Source of the DNA: Selaginella moellendorffii
Taxonomy: Eukaryota > Plantae > Lycopodiophyta
Length of the DNA: 64,000 bases
Direction of reading: 5' to 3'
Assembly (NCBI RefSeq): GCF_000143415.4
Contig: NW_003314271.1
Location: forward strand, 1,322,204-1,386,203
Position 1 is the stretch's first letter. Every line of letters starts with the position of its first letter. This document shows, piece by piece, positions 1 through 13,300 of this stretch. The translations under genes were made by a program, and so were the position numbers. The notes under the pieces are model-generated. The model was given only the letters and a program-made list of their open reading frames with translations, searched no databases and had not been told where the DNA came from.

Positions 1-236
1 TATAATAGTTATCCTCATGGTTATGGATTGTATCTATGCATTGAAGTGTTGAAGTCAGCTTACCAAAACTAACCCAAGAACTAACAAACAAGAAAAATGA
101 AACTTTTGATTTTATAAAGATAAATTACTTTATTGATTTGCAAGATTTATTACAAGATTTACAAAAGTTATTATTTATTATGATTTTCATATTTCGTGAC
201 AATCTCACGAACATGTGTGAGATTCCTAAGAGGCTC

Positions 237-574
237 CTAAGTAGATTCATACATTGGGTAGCCACGCCACTTGACAAGGTACTCATGACGTTTAAAATAT
301 TTAGTCCAATGACTATCTAGAATGGCTTCAACATCATACTCATGTTCACTATCAACAACCATTGGACGAATGTTTGTAGAGTGTTTTGCAACAACATGAT
401 ATGGTGCCAATAAACTAACATGAGACACATCATGTACATGGGATAACTCATCTGGAAGATATAGGTTACATCATCAACTTGCTTCAATACCCAATAGAGC
501 CTAACATATCTTGGTAATAGTTTTCAAGACAAAAATCCCTTAATATTCAAGTTTGGGGAAGATAGCCACACCTG
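237..574 (-). pseudogene. 3' end (integrase C-terminus + chromodomain) of a decayed chromovirus-type Ty3/gypsy element, the outermost element of the nest
   Basis: ORF 237-428: HVSLLAPY...EYDVEAILDSH...YLVKWRGYP (chromodomain). The minus-strand sequence at ~574 reads VWLSSPNL and continues ...SYQVRDK from 42921+. Confidence 0.8.
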
Positions 575-893
575 TGTGAGACACAAAATCTCTATGCCCC
601 AAAGTGGAGCCGAAAGAGTGCCACGTGGTAGTGGCCGAAGCGAAAGCCAAATGAACATAACACGTTTGGACTAAAATCTCTGACTTGAAATGTCGAGAGT
701 GGGAGTGGAACTCTCAACGACATGCTCGAGAAACAAGCATAAAGCAAGCAATAAGTGAGTCTCTAGAAAAGGGACACAAGTGGACCAACACATGACATGT
801 GGAGGAGTCCGAGATGGACCCGAGATGGAGTCCGAAAAAGACCCGAAATGGAGTTTGAGATGGACCCAAAATGGAGTCCGAGATGGACCCAAG

Positions 894-2115
894 TGTAAGT
901 GATTAATTTTTCCATTCTACTTTAGTCACTTAACCACACCTCCGACCCCTTAGAGGAGTTTCACTCACAACCTCCATAAGTCTTATTCTGGACTTGGGGA
1001 CTTGCTAGCCCCAAGAATGGCATCTGTGCCACTCAACCGTTGCACTTGGTCCAAGTGCTCCACGTGTCTGGTCCCATGACCGACACCCAAAGGTACCACT
1101 GACAGTTCGGCCCGCAGGATTGCTCCTCCTCCTTTCCCCCATTTGGGACTCCGGGACAACATTTCAGAACACCGTGGGCTTACGCGAGCCTCGTGGGTAC
1201 TCTCCCCACCTTCTGCCTTTAGGTGCTCTAGCCATGGGCTTAGAGCGAGGTTCTGTTGAGCCATGCTTGGTATCCAAGTAGGTAGTGCCACCCACAATTG
1301 GACTGGGAGCATCGGCCAGTCGATCTCCCGGGGGAACTAAAGCTGGCTCTTGAACACTTCACCAAGCTACCCCACTTGTCAGTCTGTATTCACTCTAGTC
1401 TTGGACTTCTCAGTGGTCAGTTCATCACCCAACACTGGATCTAGCCTTCCTGGGCCAAACTGGCCTTTCTTGGCCAAACTGGCTCCACTGCAGTCCTCCC
1501 CCTTACTATACTTTTGGAGCTCACCAAACCCCCTAGGGTTTGGGAGATGAACACTTTGGGCTTTCACCCTCTCAAACTTGAACTCGGACTCTGACTTGAA
1601 CTCGGACTCGGACTCGGACTCGGGCTCAGGCTCGGTCTCGGCCTTGGCCTCGGTCCCAGTCTCGGTCCCGGTCTCGGTCTCGACCTCGGACTCCATCTCG
1701 GGTCCTTCTCGGACTCCATCTCAGATTCCATCTCGGGTCCATCGCAGACTCCATCTCGGACTCTGTCTCGGTCCATCTCGGACTCCATCTCGTGTCCATC
1801 TCGGGTCCATCTCGGATTCCATCTCGGTCCATCTCGGACTCCATCTCGGACTCCGTCTCGGTCCATCTCGGACTCCATCTCGGACACTTCCATGTGTCAT
1901 GTGTTGGTCCTTTTGGGTCCCTTTTTGGAGCCTCGCTTATTGCTCGCTTCATGCTCGTTCCTTGAGCACTCCGTTGGGAGTTCCACTCCTGCTCTCGACC
2001 TTCAAGTCGGAGCCTTTTAGTCCAAACGGTTTACTCTCGTTTGGCTTTTGCTTCAGCCACTACCACGTGGCATCTTTTCAACTTCACTTTAGGGATTAGG
2101 GATTTGTGTCTCACA
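894..2115 (-). mobile_element. Inverted family-A solo LTR inserted in the repeat array of a family-A LTR
   Basis: TGTAAG...CTCACA, reverse complement of the family-A LTR. 5-bp TSD CCAAG at 889-893 and 2116-2120. Confidence 0.9.
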
Positions 2116-2490
2116 CCAAGATGGAGTCTGAGATGGACCCGAGATGGAGTCCATGATGGAGTCTGAGATGGAGTCCGAGATGGAATCCAAGATGGAGTCC
2201 GAGAAGGACCCGAGATGGAGTCTGAAGTCGAGATCGAGATCAAGACTGGGACCGAAACCGAGACCTAGACCGGGACTGAGACCGAGATCGAGACCGAGAT
2301 CGAGGTTGAGGTCGAGACCGAGCCCAAGTCCAAGTCCAAGTCTGAGTCCAAGCCCGAGTCTAAGTCCGAGTTTGAGTCTGAGTCCAAGTCCGAGTTCGAG
2401 TTCGAGTCTGAGGGGGTGAAAGCCCAAAGCTTTCGTCTCCCAAACCCTGGGGGATTTGGTGAGCTCCAAAAGTATAGTAGGGGGAGGACT

Positions 2491-2652
2491 TGTAGCGCTT
2501 GTGATCATGGGATGAGATTTGGATATACTGTCACCGTGGATCTTTGGAACCTTGGGGGATAAATGGGGATAAAATAGCCACTAAGGGCTCTCTCATCAAG
2601 CAATTGCCCCTTTTCCAGTTAGCTTAAGGGGAGAGAGGTAAGGTGCGCTATA
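2491..2652 (+). mobile_element. 162-bp solo LTR of a short-LTR family
   Basis: Terminal inverted ends TGTAGCGC...GCGCTATA; 5-bp TSD GGACT (2486-2490, 2653-2657). Related reverse copies at ~49055-49137 and 57723-57884. Confidence 0.8.
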
Positions 2653-5590
2653 GGACTCTAGTGGAGTTAGTTTGGCCAAGAAAGGCCAGTTTGTCCCAGG
2701 AAGGCTGTACCCAGGTGCTGGGTGATGGGATAACCACTAGGAAGTCCAAGGCTAGAGTGAATATGGACCGACAAGTGGGGTAACTTGGTGAAGTGTTCAA
2801 GAGCCGGCTCTAGTTCCCCCAGGAGATCGAATGGTCAATGCTCCCAGTCCAAGTGTTGGTGGCACTACCTACTTGGATACCTGGCGTGGCTCAATGAAAC
2901 CTCTCTCTAAGCCCATGGCTAAAGCACCCAAAGGTGGAAGGCGGCATGAGGCTTGAGTAGGGCCACGGTGTTCCGAAATGGGGTCATAAAGGCCTAGACT
3001 GTGAAAAAGAAGAGGAGTAGTCCTCTAGTGTAATGACCAAGGATACAGTTGAGTGATGAGGAAGTCTTAGAGGACTGTGGGATTTAGTGGTTGGGGTAAG
3101 GAGTGGATCTAGGATGATCATTCATGGACAGATGACCTAGTCTTTGAGAAACAGGACTGTGATGCAGGTGGTATCAGACCACTGGTGTGACCAAGGTGAA
3201 TAGGCATGGCCTTAGCGTAATAGGCTGATACATCGGTGGTGTCTTGGGGTGTCGGTCATGGGATCAGATATGTGGAGCACTTGGACCAAGTGCAATAGTT
3301 GAGTGGCATGGATGCTATTCTTGGGGCTAGCAAGTCCCTAAGTCCAAAATAGGATTTATGGAGGTTGTGAGTGAGACTCCTCCAAGTGGTCGAAGGTGTG
3401 GTTAAGTGACTAAAGCAAAATGGAAAATTTAGTCTCTTACAACTTGGTATCGAAATTGTTCCTTAGTCTAACTTTTATTGATGCTCAAGTATATCACCAT
3501 TAGTGTTGGCATTGGAAGGTCCTAGGAGTGGACCTATCCTTGAGGAGTAGCAAGTTGGGAAGACATGGCTCTTCACTACAATTCAGGTGTGAACTTGTAG
3601 GTGAGGTGGTGGATAGAAAAGGGCCAATAATGGAACGACTTTGGGATCTTGGGAACAGTGCAAGGTTTTCCTCATTGAGTTGAGGATGTGATCCAGATGA
3701 GCGTTTGACTTAGCAAACTGGTTAATGTAGTTTTGGTAAACAACTATAGTTAGGATCACGAGGAAGATAGAGACTCCAAAACAATAAAAGAGTCACAAGA
3801 TTACCCTCATGAAGTTAAGGCTGGTGCTCATGAATTTGAGACTAGAATTAATGACCGTGGGAAGTCAAATGCGAATGAGGACATAAGTCCTTGGAATAGT
3901 AGCTAGGCTACCTTGAATAAATGCTGGAACAACCCCAGGAGTTGGGGGTGTGCTTAGAGGATGAATTGATATTTTCATCATATGGAATGATAGTCATAAC
4001 GGGCAAAGGTAGCCCACAATTATCAAAAAATAGTCAAGTGTTGGAATAACACTTATAATGGTGGTCCTGGTGAGTAGGACATGAATATAAGAAGTTGTAT
4101 TCCAATGAGCTGGCACCTCAACAGTAAAACCTTATAGGTCGGGGGATTAGGAAAAGTCCAAAAGGCTAAATGACTTAAGTGGAGTCAAGGAATAATCCTA
4201 AAGGACTAATGGAAGCATTTGGACTAAAGTGTGTTATGCCCCACAGAGGATGGGAAAGATTATAAGATCCAAGTATGAGAACAATGGGTATCTCATAGGT
4301 GGCAAAATGTGCCATATTAAAGTCATGGGAAAAGTGTTCCAAGAAGAAACAACTTTGGTGCAGAGTTGTGTGCAAACACTATGGTGTAGTGGTAACGGAT
4401 AGTTGGCATGAGAAACGACTAAGTTGGTCTTAGCAAAGACCTAGACACAAGTGCAAAGTGTCATAAAGGTAGATTCATGGAGCCGATGGTATGGAGACAC
4501 CAAATATGCTAAAGTGTGATACCTTGAGGTTATCTTAATGGGTTCATGAGAACCCCTTGCCAAAGGAATCCCAATTGAAATGGGAATGGCATAGCCTAAA
4601 CTGGAAGGCATATAGTAGAGTATGGTGACCTAGATAATGATGGAGGTGTGGAAGCACCAGCAATGAGTTGTAGGACTTGATAACTATGAGGCAACTAAAC
4701 AAGAGGTGCAAGGTAATTAGTTAAACGGGTAGAAAGTAGATACCCAAAACTTCTTAATAGCATAAAGAAGTTAAATATACCCTTATCGAGGATAAATTGT
4801 TTATGTTGTGATATAGTGAGTTAATGTTGTAAAAGGAAATGCTCATTGTCAAGGAGGCCATCACTGGGACACCCAAACACTCTAGAACACTAGGAGGTGG
4901 TATATAGTGTCGCGAGGGCAATAAATAAGGCCCAAAGGACTAAGTCCCTAACGAATGATGGATAGAAGGTGCTATCCAAATGTCCAAGGTTGCGAAGATA
5001 GAAGAAAACTGTTTACTTGAATTGGACAAAGCCAAAATAGTGTGGCAAGGCTAGCGATGGGCATATAAAAGCCCATAAATAACAACGTTAATCCTGGTGT
5101 GTAGGATTATAAGTGGAGCATACCCGGATTGAGGAACCACTCCCTAGGCTATTGGGTAGGTTCATCCTTAAGAATACTTGTGGCATAATAGAAAGTGCAA
5201 AGCTATCCTTCTAATCTGGAGGAGAATAACCGAAGGAAAGGTGAGAGGCAAAAGCAAGTAGTAAGAGGATAGAACTAAACTATAGGAATTAAATTGCATA
5301 ACCAAAAGTGGTTATGTCAGTTGGGAGTGGAGAATCAAGTAGGTGCTCAAGCATGTTGTTACTAGCAACCGTGATGCCATGGAAAGTCTAAAGCATGGAA
5401 TTGTCCATGTTGACTATATGGCAATTTAAAAGCTTGCGAAAGGAGAGGCCTTAGCAAGTTAAGGGACAAAGAGTTCCTTCAAAGGTTCCCAAAGACACTT
5501 CTAAGTAGTTTGGCACTTAGAAAGCCAAGTGTAAATGGTTCATAAAACGCATGAAATTAAAGTGGCGTAGCAAAAGCGTGGCCTTGAAGC

Positions 5591-5787
5591 TGTTAGGGCG
5601 TGGCCACCGAGAGAGTGAGAGAGAGAGAAGGAATATTCTGGTCCTTAGAATATTCCCCATCTTCCTTGTATAAAACCCTTGCTTCACAAGGGCAAGGGGG
5701 GGGGGGGGGGCATTTTTGGCAGAGAGTAGTGAAGCATTTCTTGTGTTTGAGCGAGCGTTGGGGGAGGCGCCCCTCCTTCCCCCAACA
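5591..5787 (+). repeat. Tat 5' LTR (197 bp)
   Basis: Direct repeat of 27626-27814 with TG...CA ends. Confidence 0.92.
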
Positions 5788-5789
5788 AA

Positions 5790-5806
5790 TGGTGAACCCG
5801 GCGTGA
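5790..5806 (+). promoter_or_regulatory. Primer-binding site, probably tRNA-Trp
   Basis: TGGTGAACCCGGCGTGA lies 2 nt after the LTR and is complementary, with one G:U, to the plant tRNA-Trp 3' end (...TCACGTCGGGTTCACCA) as recalled. Confidence 0.7.
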
Positions 5807-7087
5807 TGCGCAGGACTTTTTGAAGCATCATTTCTCTCTTTTCTTTTGGCCGTAGAGTTTGGGAAGGAATTCCTTGTTCATCTTGCGGTGGTTTTCTTTG
5901 ATGTTGAGTGTGTTGGATAGGTCGGGAGCTCCTCTTTCCAGGAAGGTATGGCGCTCGTCAAGCCGTGCAATATTTGAAGAGATACAACGTTTCTTGGCTT
6001 GGTCGGATGAGCATTTTGGGGTTTTCACTTTCTCGCCTGGATCCTCGGCCGAATTTCTCAAGGTAGTGCATTTGGGCTTGTAGATCTGGCCTAGATCTAT
6101 GAGTAGTGGTAGTTCTTGGCACTAGATTTGGGCGAATTGACGGCATGCAAAAGGATTTTCTTCTTCGGCTAGATTGGGTTATCTTTGTGGTAGGAATTCG
6201 TGCTCCTCTAGGCTTGGTTTTGGATGCTGTTTATTTCTAGAGGTGCTCCTGGTCCTAGGCTTTCAGGAAGTACCAACGGCGCCTTAGTGTTGATCTACAT
6301 CATGGACATGCATATGTTTTTCCATAATGTTGGCGTTCTGGGCTACCTCTTCGTGGATTTCAGGGAATATTGAGGCGGTTTCTTCCCAAATTCTTGCGAT
6401 ATAAGGTAGATGGGGCTGAGCTCTTTCCAACGAGCCCACCAACAATCAAAATAGAGAAGGATCGAGACTAGAGGACTCATTTTTTCTCTTTTGGGTTAAA
6501 CTTCGTTGGGGGTTCCTTGGGAACGAAGCAATCTTCAAGGAACAGGTAACTGTAGGAACAGGAACAGGAGGAGCAGGAACAAGAGTTGGCGTAGAAACAG
6601 GGACAATAGGAATAGGCACAGGGATAGGAGTTGGTGTTAGAGCAAGCGCAGGGGTAGGAGCGAGAGTAGGGGTTACCGGTTATAGGTCATAGGTCCCCGA
6701 TTATCGGCTACCGGCTACTCCCATGGCTACTCCAGTGGCTACCCCGGTTACAGGCTACCAGCTACTCTAGTGGCTCCGCCAGCGGCTACTCTAGTGGCTA
6801 CTCTGGCGGTTGGGTCAAAGGCATTTTGAGCAACTTGAGCACTAGCCTACAGTCTTCTTGCTCCTGTCAACCCAGTTGCCTTGACTGGGCATTTGCAGTG
6901 TTCCAGGTATTTGATGCCGGTACAAACTAGACATACGACGAATTGGCACCCTTTTACCATACCTCAAGGCCCTAAGGTATAGAGTAAACTTTCCAACATC
7001 CAAAGGCAGCTTAGGTACGACACTGCACCTTCTCGGGCCGAGTCCTCTTCCTCCTCGACAGATTCCAGTGACTTAGATCTACGAGCT

Positions 7088-9015
7088 ATGACGCAGCCAC
7101 CCTTAGCTCGACCTCAGCTCCATGTTCTGCAGAAGGGGAGTGATCTGCTAGTCTTTTCAGGTGTTGGAACAGTCTCTCCAACATCGCATATTAGTCGCTT
7201 TGATTACTACTGCACCACAAACATGATCGTCGACGATGATCGTATGTGCTGCGACTTCCTGCAGTCTCTCGAAGGCAAAGCAGCAACTTGGGCAGATTCT
7301 CTCCTCCCAGAGGACCGGACAGACTTCCAGACACTACTTGCTTCCTTCAGAGAACGCTTCGTTGAAGAAAAACCCACAAATCGGCTACTTGTCAACCTCT
7401 TTTCGTTCCGACAGGGTGCTCACAAGACTGTTCCTGACTACATCACACGCTTTCGAGCTTACTGGAAGTAGTGTTGGGATCGCAGAGTAGTCCAAGATGA
7501 GCAACAGGGGATCACAGCATTCACAGCAGGTCTGCGTGGGAACTTGCAGCAGAAACTTCTTAAGAGGACTTTCAGGTCTTGCCGTGAGGCATTTTTGTTT
7601 GCTACAAAGCTGGAAAGAGAGCTTCTGGTCTACTTGGGTATTGCTAGAGTTGATTTTGACCAAGCCATCATCCTGTCAGAGTCACCTTGTGCCGCTATTC
7701 GCCCGTCCACATCAAAGCCTGTCGCTATTGAGCATACACCTCCAGCTCTTGAGAACTTTGCCAGTGAGATGCGGCAGCTAAAGGAGATCATTCTTCAACA
7801 GCAATCACACCATGACAAACTGCTCCAGGAGCTGGTGGAGTCCAGGAAAGAGGCCGCTACAGCTCGGGAACGCAGATTTAAGTCCCGTTGGTGCACTCAC
7901 TACGAGACGAACACACACAACACACAGCGCTGCTTCAAGCTTCACCCAGAGCTTCGGCCTCCATCTTCTCAATGTGTCCAACAACATCCCTTTGCTGATA
8001 ACTCCACAACAGCCTCAGGGTCCAGAGACATATCAGGAGCAGTTGGAGTGACAAGCAATTGAGGCAGCCCCTTCATCAAGCAAAGGCAAGGCACCAGTCT
8101 CATCGGTCAACATGATTTTGGTAGCCGAGGAACTTTATAGGCAACAACAGCAAACCGCAGCCACTCGAGCCCAAGCGAAGAAGGTAGCCACTCAGCCTAC
8201 CATAGATCCCCCAGCGCCATTTGAGAGTGACTCTCCATTGGCATCAGGCCCAGTGACACAAAGGGTGGCTTGTAAACTCCCCTTCAAGTCACTCCTCTCT
8301 TCTCCTCTTGAGATCTCACCAGCAGCTACTCCTGTTCCGGAGCCGGTTCTTCAATAGCTGGTTGACACTCCCGTCATCTTTTCACTCCGAGATATGTTGC
8401 ACCTTGTCCCGGGATTCGGCCAGCATTTGGAGGAGTTTGCACGGTCAGGAACACCAGAGAGCACTCTCAAGAGGACTCCTCAAGAGGTGCACATTGTCGA
8501 TATGACAAGATATGGAGGAGATCCTGGTCTGTTCTTCGTCCCGGTGCAGATCGGTACTTCCTCTTGTAGGATGGATGCTTTGGTTGACTCCGGTTCTGGA
8601 AGCAACATTATCTCTCTCGACGATGCCCTTTCAGCACAGCTACGGATCACTGAGAGCTCCTCCATCGTGCTCAAAACCTTCACCAACCACACCGTTCCTC
8701 CGGCAGGAATTTGCTGTGGTGTCAAGGTCTCAGTGCAGGGTGTTATTTCTGAGGTAGATTTCCTCATGGTTGACTACCAACGTCTTGGAACGTCCTCTTT
8801 GAAGGACTCTATCATCCTTGGCCGCTCATGGCAAGTCACAGCCCATTGCACCATTGATAGTGCACAAGGCAAGTTGGAAATTAGTGATGGAACCCATAGC
8901 GCCACCTTTCTCAACAACCACGGCAGAGCTCTTTCTCAACAAGCCCAACAAGCTCGGACTAAGATGCCCTCCACACCATACTTTCCTCCCGACCTCACAG
9001 AGGTTTTTCCTAAGT
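7088..9015 (+). pseudogene. Tat gag and aspartic protease, disrupted
   Basis: Retrotransposon gag motifs (SLEGKAATW...FRERF...FRQG...DYITRF), degenerate Zn knuckle WCTHYETNTHNTQRC, protease ALVDSGSGSNII. In-frame stops present; cut at 9015 by the DNA transposon. Confidence 0.85.
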
Positions 9016-9457
9016 AAGCTCTATTTCGTTAAAGTGGGAATTGTCATTATCCCACTTGTAAAATAAGGTTTCCAAACCTTTATATAGTATATAAATATAA
9101 CAAAATTCAACTGCATTGAGGCACATACCATTTTATTTTAAACAAGGAAATGTCTACTCAATCACTTCTCCTCCCCCTGCCACTGCTTCACCTCTCTCTT
9201 CTCCTTGTCATTGTCGTCTAATTTCTTTCCATCCTTTTAATATTGGCTCAGTTGCTCCGAGTCTAGGTGGAGCCCAAGTCCCCATTCAATCTTTACTTTC
9301 CCATTATTAATAAAACAACTTCGTAGACTTCCAATAACATGCTGTAACACTTCTAGTATAATGCAAATCCTCTCAAAGAATTGTCTTTTAATATTAATAC
9401 AATGGCATGGAACCCCATGCCATAATAAGTTACATTTTTAAATAAATACATGCCATC

Positions 9458-10320
9458 TCAGACTGTTATTTTTTGCCTCCAACGCCTATACAATAATCTT
9501 GGAATTTCATCACTCTCCACACTATCAGGATTTAAACCCAATAGTAATGCCATCTCTTCTCTAATACGTCCACGCTCATGTTCAGTGGTCGAAGAACCCA
9601 TCCGGTTGAGCAGATTATGGAGATGCGGATAGTGCTTGGCTAGACAATATACATGCCATAAATGATGACTGGTGTCTGTCCGATCAAATGGCTTCTGATA
9701 TACCGTTCCATCTGCCATTTGGTTGATTTCTGCAGCCACCTCCTGGACTAGCCGGTTCTCTATCACCATCGCTCCAAGCCGTTTTGCAAGGTCCCCCAGA
9801 ACATACGGTTTCTTCTCCCTAGTTTCCATACTGCAAGAGATGGGGTGCACTGCATATGTGTGCGTGTTCGCTGCAGTTTTAATCGGCGAGTCATCGATGA
9901 TGAGGATTTCACTTGAGCTAGCAGTCCGGTTCATCACTACAGCCTCTGGCTTGACGAAGATGGGCTTGCTACCCCTCACATGGACCATAGTCAAGCAATC
10001 CTCCTGCGTTAGGAGAAAGTCAAATGGTAATATTACTCGCGTCTGATCGTGCATCATCTGTAGCAACGTTAATACATTGTGGCGCATCATGGATGTCCAA
10101 ACTCCCAATTGCAAATTGAACCCGGCCCTCTGTTTTAAGTGTCGCATGGTCATTATTAGATCCCGCAGTTTCTCCCGTGTGATTAATGTGAATCTGTCTC
10201 TTTTGACCAACTTGCGACCGCAGGCTTTGGAGGGTGCAATGACATTCGAGGACGAGCCACGCTCATGGGAGAAAAGGACACCGTTCAGATCAAAAACGAT
10301 ACAGTACCTTCGCCGTGACT
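9458..10320 (-). CDS. Terminal exon: FCP1-homology / NIF-type HAD phosphatase-like domain
   Basis: CIVFDLNGVL (HAD motif I variant), LGVWTS, FLLTQEDC, KPIFVK, ILIIDDSPIK (motif IV). Confidence 0.8.
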
Positions 10321-13300
10321 CTGAAATGAAATGCGTCAGCATAAAAAATGGTACAAGTCAATTTTACCATCTACAATATTAGCGAATGTTGCTCCCGATG
10401 GTCGTTGAGAGGGTTTTGGTCGAGGAAACGTGAAGGGCGGAAATACTCTCCTCTGCAATGTGGGGTCAATCGCATCCGATGGCGTGTGGGCACATGCCAT
10501 TTCAGCTGTAGACTCTGGTACAACTGGCTCAACAGTGGCATGGGGTGGTTCCGATGGCGTGTGATCACACGCCATTTCAGCTGGTGCCTCCGTTGGCAAA
10601 GTGGACATGACCGAACAGGCAGTAGGGGCGGTGTAGGGAGGTTCCAACGGCGCGTAGTCAGACGATTGGGCACACGTTGAGTCCGTTGGAAATGAGGATA
10701 CGACCGGCTCGGCGGCTGGGGCGGCCTCATGTGGGTCCAATGGCGCCTGGTCACCGTCAGTTGGATACGTGGACAAGATTGACTCAGTGGTATGGGCAGC
10801 ATCAAGTGGAGCGTGGTCAGCTTGCTTGGCGTTGATATGGATAGTAGCCTCCACCAGCTCTGATGACTCTTGCAGCCAAGTAGAGTCCACTGGCGGATCC
10901 ATATGCATGTCCAAATATCTCCCTTCGATTGAGATGGTATCCTCCCGTGCTACTAAAAACAAACTTATTAGCACATTGAATTGACTATACTGTATTTACC
11001 ATCAACTGCTATTGAGGAACTAGGACCGATATCACTTGAGCGCACTGCTGATTCTGAAGGATTGGACATACGTTTCGACCCTTGCTTGGCACTATCCTTC
11101 CTCGACACTAAAGGCTAGAGTTTGTAAATTCAACTGAATAATCTCTACTTACCATTTGCTCTGCGACCTACATGGACAATGTTAGAAATGGTAAAAGGTT
11201 AGGAATGGATGTATTATTATTTACCTGATGGTTTGTCTTGTATGACCTTCCTCCGCCGCTCTTTGGCCACCTCAGGCTGGCCATCGTCGTCATCATCGTC
11301 GTCGTCGTTATTGTGATCGTCACCATTGTGAGGACCATCCAAGTCCTCTTCGTCCTCCTCTTCTTTGTCCTCCTCTTCGTCCTTCTGCTCTTCTTGCTCA
11401 TTATCTTTCTCTGGCTCCTCATCCCCCTCCTGCATTTCTTCCATAGGCTGCTCAGGCTGGATGGCTTGTTCTTCCAGGACCATCTTGGGAAAATCATCTG
11501 GCCGAGTCTCCATCTCAAAATACAAGACATCCATAGCCTGTTTTAGTGCGTGACCTAGGACCGTATCCTCACCCGACTGTCTTAACATGGTTTCTGCACG
11601 TTCTTGCACCCTTCGAAGACGACGAGATGAGAAAAACGTGGCCCTGCCTTGAAAAGCTTCCCTCATCCATTGTACCTCTCCATTGAGATTGGGGAAGGGG
11701 AGTCCGCCATAGGAATCTGAGTCATGAGGTGGTGACTGCCTGCTTTCACTCAGCCCTTGATCTGCAATGAATGGCATGAGCACACACGCCATAACCGCGA
11801 GGCATTACCTATCATCTTTTCGTTGCCCTTCTTCCTTTTCGAATCAAACGCCTCTGATCTCGACGACTGTCCAACGTGCTTTCGCTTTTTATGACCACTG
11901 TCAGTTTGAGCTTGGCTGGTGCTTGCCTGTTTTGCCTTTGAAGAAGTTTCTCCTGCAAGGAATGGCATGAGACCACACGCCATTGCAAATATAATTTGTA
12001 CCTCCTTTTTTCCTATTGCTTTTCTGTTTGTCCTTCTTCGATGCGCCACCAGTGCGCTTTTCAGTCCTCGTGTCTAAATATTCACAACGATCTATAATCA
12101 AAATGGCGTGAGGCCTCACGTGACCTTACCTTGTGCAGGTTGTGAGCTCGGCCCAACATGGGTATCTTCAATAGTAGCTGTTAACGCCGTTTCAGCATCT
12201 GGGGGTGGCCACGCTCCTGCATACAGAGCTTGTGAGATAACATTTAAACTTAAAGTGCGTACTCACCAGGTTCGCAGAGAAGATACTGTTTTTCTTTGGC
12301 AACTGTAATTATATGCTCCATTGAAGTCACCTCTTCAATGGAGTTTGTCACCGCAACACACGGGACACCCTTGAGTAGTGCGGCTCGAAAGAATAGTCCG
12401 CCGCAGTTGTACTCGACAACGCATTTGCCCTTGGAGTCGGAAGCAGGTGACCCACCTGCTATTGCGTTGAAGACCCAGCTGAGCATTTCCCATGCTGCAC
12501 CTGGAGCTTTCTTTGGATTCGAAAGCTCCATAGCCGTCTTCAGTTCCTCAGGCACGGGTAAATTGACCTCCCTCAGATCAATTCGATTGGCCTTGTCGAA
12601 CGAAGCTGGGAAGTCACTCCAGTCCCACTCTGCTGCAGGACCAATAACAAGGGCGAGTGTGAAGATGCGGACATTCGTCGGTATCTTCTTCTTAGCCATT
12701 ATCCCATGGATCTCCCGCATCTCCTTGCCTTTCAACCGAGCCTTCACCTCGTTCAAGGCCTTCCAGAACTTGTGATAGGATTCGGAGTCGTAGATCATAT
12801 AGTGGACTGAAGATTCCACCTCCGCAAGTCCCACCATTAAGTCAATGATGGAGCTGACTTCGTCTGCATGAGTGATCTCCTCGTTTGTGAAGTCCATCAC
12901 ACAAAAGATGTTCTTGACCTGCTCATCTCCGCGGGAAACGATGCTCCTCCACCTTTGATCCTCATCCGAATTCAAGTATACCCGGTAAGGTTCTCGATAG
13001 GCCTCTGCTGCGGGGTCGAGCTGTTTCTGAAGCCGGCGGTCGACATCAATCTTAATGAAATTTGGATACTGATCCAACTTCTCAGCTTTACTTTTCGTGG
13101 CATCCCGCAGCAGATCGATGAACTTGGGGGCCCTCTTCACGTACTCGTCGATGTCTTCATTTGACAACTCCAGCGCTTCCATCATCTCTTGCGTGGTGTC
13201 GATGCTCACCCTCGCCACGGCCACTTGCTCGAAGATCCAATCCTTCAATAGCGCACGAGCTCTCAGAGTCGTGCACAAGTCCTCGTATGTCACAATATGG

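Larger units (their letters stand above)
575..3441 (+). repeat. Family-A 5' LTR, interrupted by two solo LTRs
   Basis: Colinear with 37389-42920 and 46600-48464. Contains GAGATGGAGTCC/GAGATGGACCC and hexamer arrays and the TATA-like CCAAAAGTATAGTAG. Confidence 0.85.

Noticed and set aside
1379-2508. Ser/Pro/Arg- and MESE-rich ORFs (also 29297-29695, 35694-36238, 37485-37955, 46752-47455)
   Set aside because: Translations of LTR tandem repeats, open in several frames and on both strands; not genes.
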